Shown here piece by piece: positions 61,400 to 64,000 of a stretch of 64,000 bases of DNA. How positions within the stretch are numbered: the first letter of the stretch is position 1; each line of letters begins with the position of its first letter. Source of the stretch: a bacterium (GTDB taxonomy: Bacteria; Patescibacteriota; Patescibacteriia; UBA1558; UBA10009); contig JABHGM010000001.1 in assembly GCA_018672055.1 (NCBI GenBank), positions 353,404 to 417,403 on the forward strand, read 5' to 3'. A program made the position numbers and the translations under genes. A model generated the notes under the pieces. It saw nothing but the letters and a program-made list of their open reading frames with translations. It did not search any database and had not been told where the DNA came from.

Positions 61400-61945
61400 A
61401 TGTTGAATTTAATAAAATCTTTTCAAATAGTATTTAAAGAATTTAAGTATATAATATTTGTATTGATTTTTGCTTTTATAATTTTCTTAATTAATTTATG
61501 GTTACCAAACAAGGAGTTATATAAATTAATTATAACCTCGGACAACTTTGATTTATTGGTTAGGTTTAAATTATTTATTTCAACATTTGGTTTGATTAAT
61601 TCTAGTTTCACGTTAGCTTCAAAAAGCATAGTTATTATTCTATCCATTTTAGGTGGTATTAATATCTCAATGTTTATATTTTACTTAAAGACCAGGATCA
61701 CTTTAGAGAAATCTTCGGGTCTTGGTCTTTTAGGTATTATTAGTGGGTTGCTTGGAGTTGGTTGTGCCTCATGTGGCTCTGTAGTACTTTCTACATTAAT
61801 AGGTGTTTCTTTAACTACAGGTATAGTTGATTTTTTACCTTTAAATGGTTTAGAGTTTGGAATCCTTGGAATGATTATAGTTATTTTATCAATTTATTTA
61901 CTTTCTAAGAAAATTTTAAATCCTTTAATTTGTAAAGTTAAATAA
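61400..61945 (+). CDS. Membrane protein with intramembrane GCASCG motif
   Basis: 4 TM helices; GVGCASCGS; C-terminal Cys. Confidence 0.75.
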   Translation: MLNLIKSFQIVFKEFKYIIFVLIFAFIIFLINLWLPNKELYKLIITSDNFDLLVRFKLFISTFGLINSSFTLASKSIVIILSILGGINISMFIFYLKTRITLEKSSGLGLLGIISGLLGVGCASCGSVVLSTLIGVSLTTGIVDFLPLNGLEFGILGMIIVILSIYLLSKKILNPLICKVK

Positions 61946-61955
61946 CATTAAATAT

Positions 61956-64000
61956 ATGAAACATACATATCCAATTAAAGGTATGCATTGCGCTTCATGT
62001 GCTCTGTCAATTGAAAAAGAGTTAAATAAGCTTTCTGAAGTAAAAGAAGTAGTTGTTAATTATGCTAATGAAAAATTAACTCTTGAAGTGGCTGGTGATC
62101 CTGATATAGAAAAACTTAAAAAAGTAATTGGTAGCGTTGGTAATTATGAGTTAATTATTGAAGATGAGCATCATAAAAAGGAAGGTGGTCATCATGATCA
62201 CGGACCTAAAGTAGACAAGCAGAAGAAATTAATGATTTGGTCAATTATTTTAACATTAGGCATATTTCTAATTAATTGGTTTCTAGATATTGAGTCCAAA
62301 AATCTTTTAATGCTTATTTTATCAACGCCAGTACAATTTTATATTGGAGGCCAATTCTATAAAGCAACATGGCCAGCTTTAAAAAGATTTAAAGCTAATA
62401 TGGATACTTTAATAGCTATGGGTACCTCTGTTGCGTATTTTTTTAGCTTAGCTGTTATTATTTTAGAATTAGATTTACATGTATATTTTGAAACTGCTTC
62501 AGCTATTATTACTTTAATAATAGTTGGACGTTATTTAGAGGCTAGAGCTAAATCAAAAGCTTCTAATGCTATTAAGAAATTATTAGAACTTAGTGCTAAA
62601 AAAGCACGTATAATTCGAGATAATAAAGAGATTGAAATTGATATTAGTGAAGTGAAAGTAAATGATAGTATTTTAGTAAAGCCAGGTGAAAAGTTCCCAG
62701 TTGATGGAGAAGTTATTGAAGGACACTCATCAGTTAATGAATCTATGGTTTCAGGTGAAAGTATACCAGTAGAAAAATCAGTAGGTGATTTAGTTATTGG
62801 GGCTACTATTAATCAAAATGGAGTAATTAAGTTCAAAGCAACAAAAGTTGGAAAAGATACAATGCTAGCACAAATAGTTAAAATGGTAGAAGAAGCCCAA
62901 GGTTCTAAAGCACCTATTCAAAGATTAGCTGATTCTATATCTTCTGTTTTTGTACCTACAGTTATTATAATAGCTTTATTTACATTTTTAAGTTGGTACT
63001 TTTTAACTGATATTGGTTTAGCATCATCAATTATTTATTCAGTGGCTGTTTTAGTTATTGCTTGTCCTTGTGCTTTAGGTTTAGCTACACCAACAGCTAT
63101 TATGGTTGGTTCAGGACGTGGTGCAGAAAATGGCATATTGATTAAAAATGCTGAGAGTTTAGAAAGAGCTCATAAAATTACTACAATTGTTTTTGATAAA
63201 ACTGGTACTATAACTAAGGGTAGTCCTGAAGTAGTAAATATTTTAGGAAATAATGATGTTTTAGAAATAGCTTATGCCTTAGAAAAAAATTCAGAACATC
63301 CTTTAGCTCAAGCTGTTATTAATGAAGCTGAAAAGAAAAAGTTAACTCTTAAAAAAGTAAGTGATTTTAAATCAGTAACTGGACGAGGTATTAAAGCTAG
63401 TATTGATAGCAACACATATCTATTAGGTAATTTGCCATTTTTAAATGACAATAGTATTACCTTATCTAATAATCAGGAAGCAGAAATAACTAAAGCTGAA
63501 AGTATGGGTCAGACTGCTTTAATCTTGGCGGGTAAGAATGAATATTTAGGAGTAATTCTAGTAGCTGATCAAATTAAAGAAACTTCTAAGAAAGCTATTG
63601 AGAAATTAAAAGATATGAATGTTAAAACAATTATGTTAACTGGTGATAATGAATTGACTGCTCAGGCTATTACTAAAGAAGTTGGTATTGATCAAGTTTA
63701 TGCAAGACTTATGCCTGATCAAAAAGTTGAGAAGATTAAGGAGCTTCAGAAAAAAAGTGAAGTTGTGGCTATGGTTGGGGATGGTATAAATGATGCACCT
63801 GCTTTAACTCAAGCAGATGTAGGCCTAGCTATTGGTACTGGAACAGACATTGCTATTGAATCAGCAAATATAACATTAGTTCATGGTGATTTATTAAAAG
63901 TAGCAGAAGCTATTAAATTATCTAAAAAAACTGTTCAAAATATTAAACAGAATTTATTTTGGGCTTTCTTCTATAATACTATAGGTATACCTCTTGCAGC
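61956..64000 (+). CDS. copA: Copper-translocating P1B-type ATPase, truncated by the window end
   Basis: Not in the ORF track: [18 protein letters not shown] domain, His-rich linker, [33 protein letters not shown]. Confidence 0.93.
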   Translation, partial: MKHTYPIKGMHCASCALSIEKELNKLSEVKEVVVNYANEKLTLEVAGDPDIEKLKKVIGSVGNYELIIEDEHHKKEGGHHDHGPKVDKQKKLMIWSIILTLGIFLINWFLDIESKNLLMLILSTPVQFYIGGQFYKATWPALKRFKANMDTLIAMGTSVAYFFSLAVIILELDLHVYFETASAIITLIIVGRYLEARAKSKASNAIKKLLELSAKKARIIRDNKEIEIDISEVKVNDSILVKPGEKFPVDGEVIEGHSSVNESMVSGESIPVEKSVGDLVIGATINQNGVIKFKATKVGKDTMLAQIVKMVEEAQGSKAPIQRLADSISSVFVPTVIIIALFTFLSWYFLTDIGLASSIIYSVAVLVIACPCALGLATPTAIMVGSGRGAENGILIKNAESLERAHKITTIVFDKTGTITKGSPEVVNILGNNDVLEIAYALEKNSEHPLAQAVINEAEKKKLTLKKVSDFKSVTGRGIKASIDSNTYLLGNLPFLNDNSITLSNNQEAEITKAESMGQTALILAGKNEYLGVILVADQIKETSKKAIEKLKDMNVKTIMLTGDNELTAQAITKEVGIDQVYARLMPDQKVEKIKELQKKSEVVAMVGDGINDAPALTQADVGLAIGTGTDIAIESANITLVHGDLLKVAEAIKLSKKTVQNIKQNLFWAFFYNTIGIPLA

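Overview
Strongly AT-rich bacterial chromosome segment read in genetic code 11 (TGA is used as a stop and prfB is present). Gene content points by inference to a Patescibacteria/CPR (Parcubacteria-like) genome: VirB2/TrbC-like pilin-fusion giant proteins, an ECF sigma factor with a DUF5667-type partner, split comEC, dprA, short RelA/SpoT and housekeeping genes without Shine-Dalgarno (SD) motifs. Core genes: groES(partial)-groEL, parA-parB, relA/spoT, topA, folC, dprA, pth, der, lepB, hisS, rpsU, ybeY, ftsA-ftsZ-nrdR, prfB, cysS, comEC, ndk, rpmB, rpsL-rpsG-fusA, and 5 tRNAs. Accessory content: two large secreted proteins beside the ECF pair, an 11.5-kb surface-appendage operon including a 2597-aa pilin/Ig/Cys-rich/vWA protein, a tandem array of three paralogous membrane genes, and a DsbA/Cys-rich/P1B-ATPase copper operon preceded by a possible metal-sensing leader ORF. 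The main observations not explained by standard annotation are a self-consistent ECF promoter motif (TGWAAK-N16-CGTC) at three sites, two orphan structured RNAs with their own promoters, an initiator tRNA with C33 and A29-U41, and an SD-bearing rpsU among SD-less ribosomal protein genes. Product calls come from motif recognition by eye; no database searches or folding programs were run.
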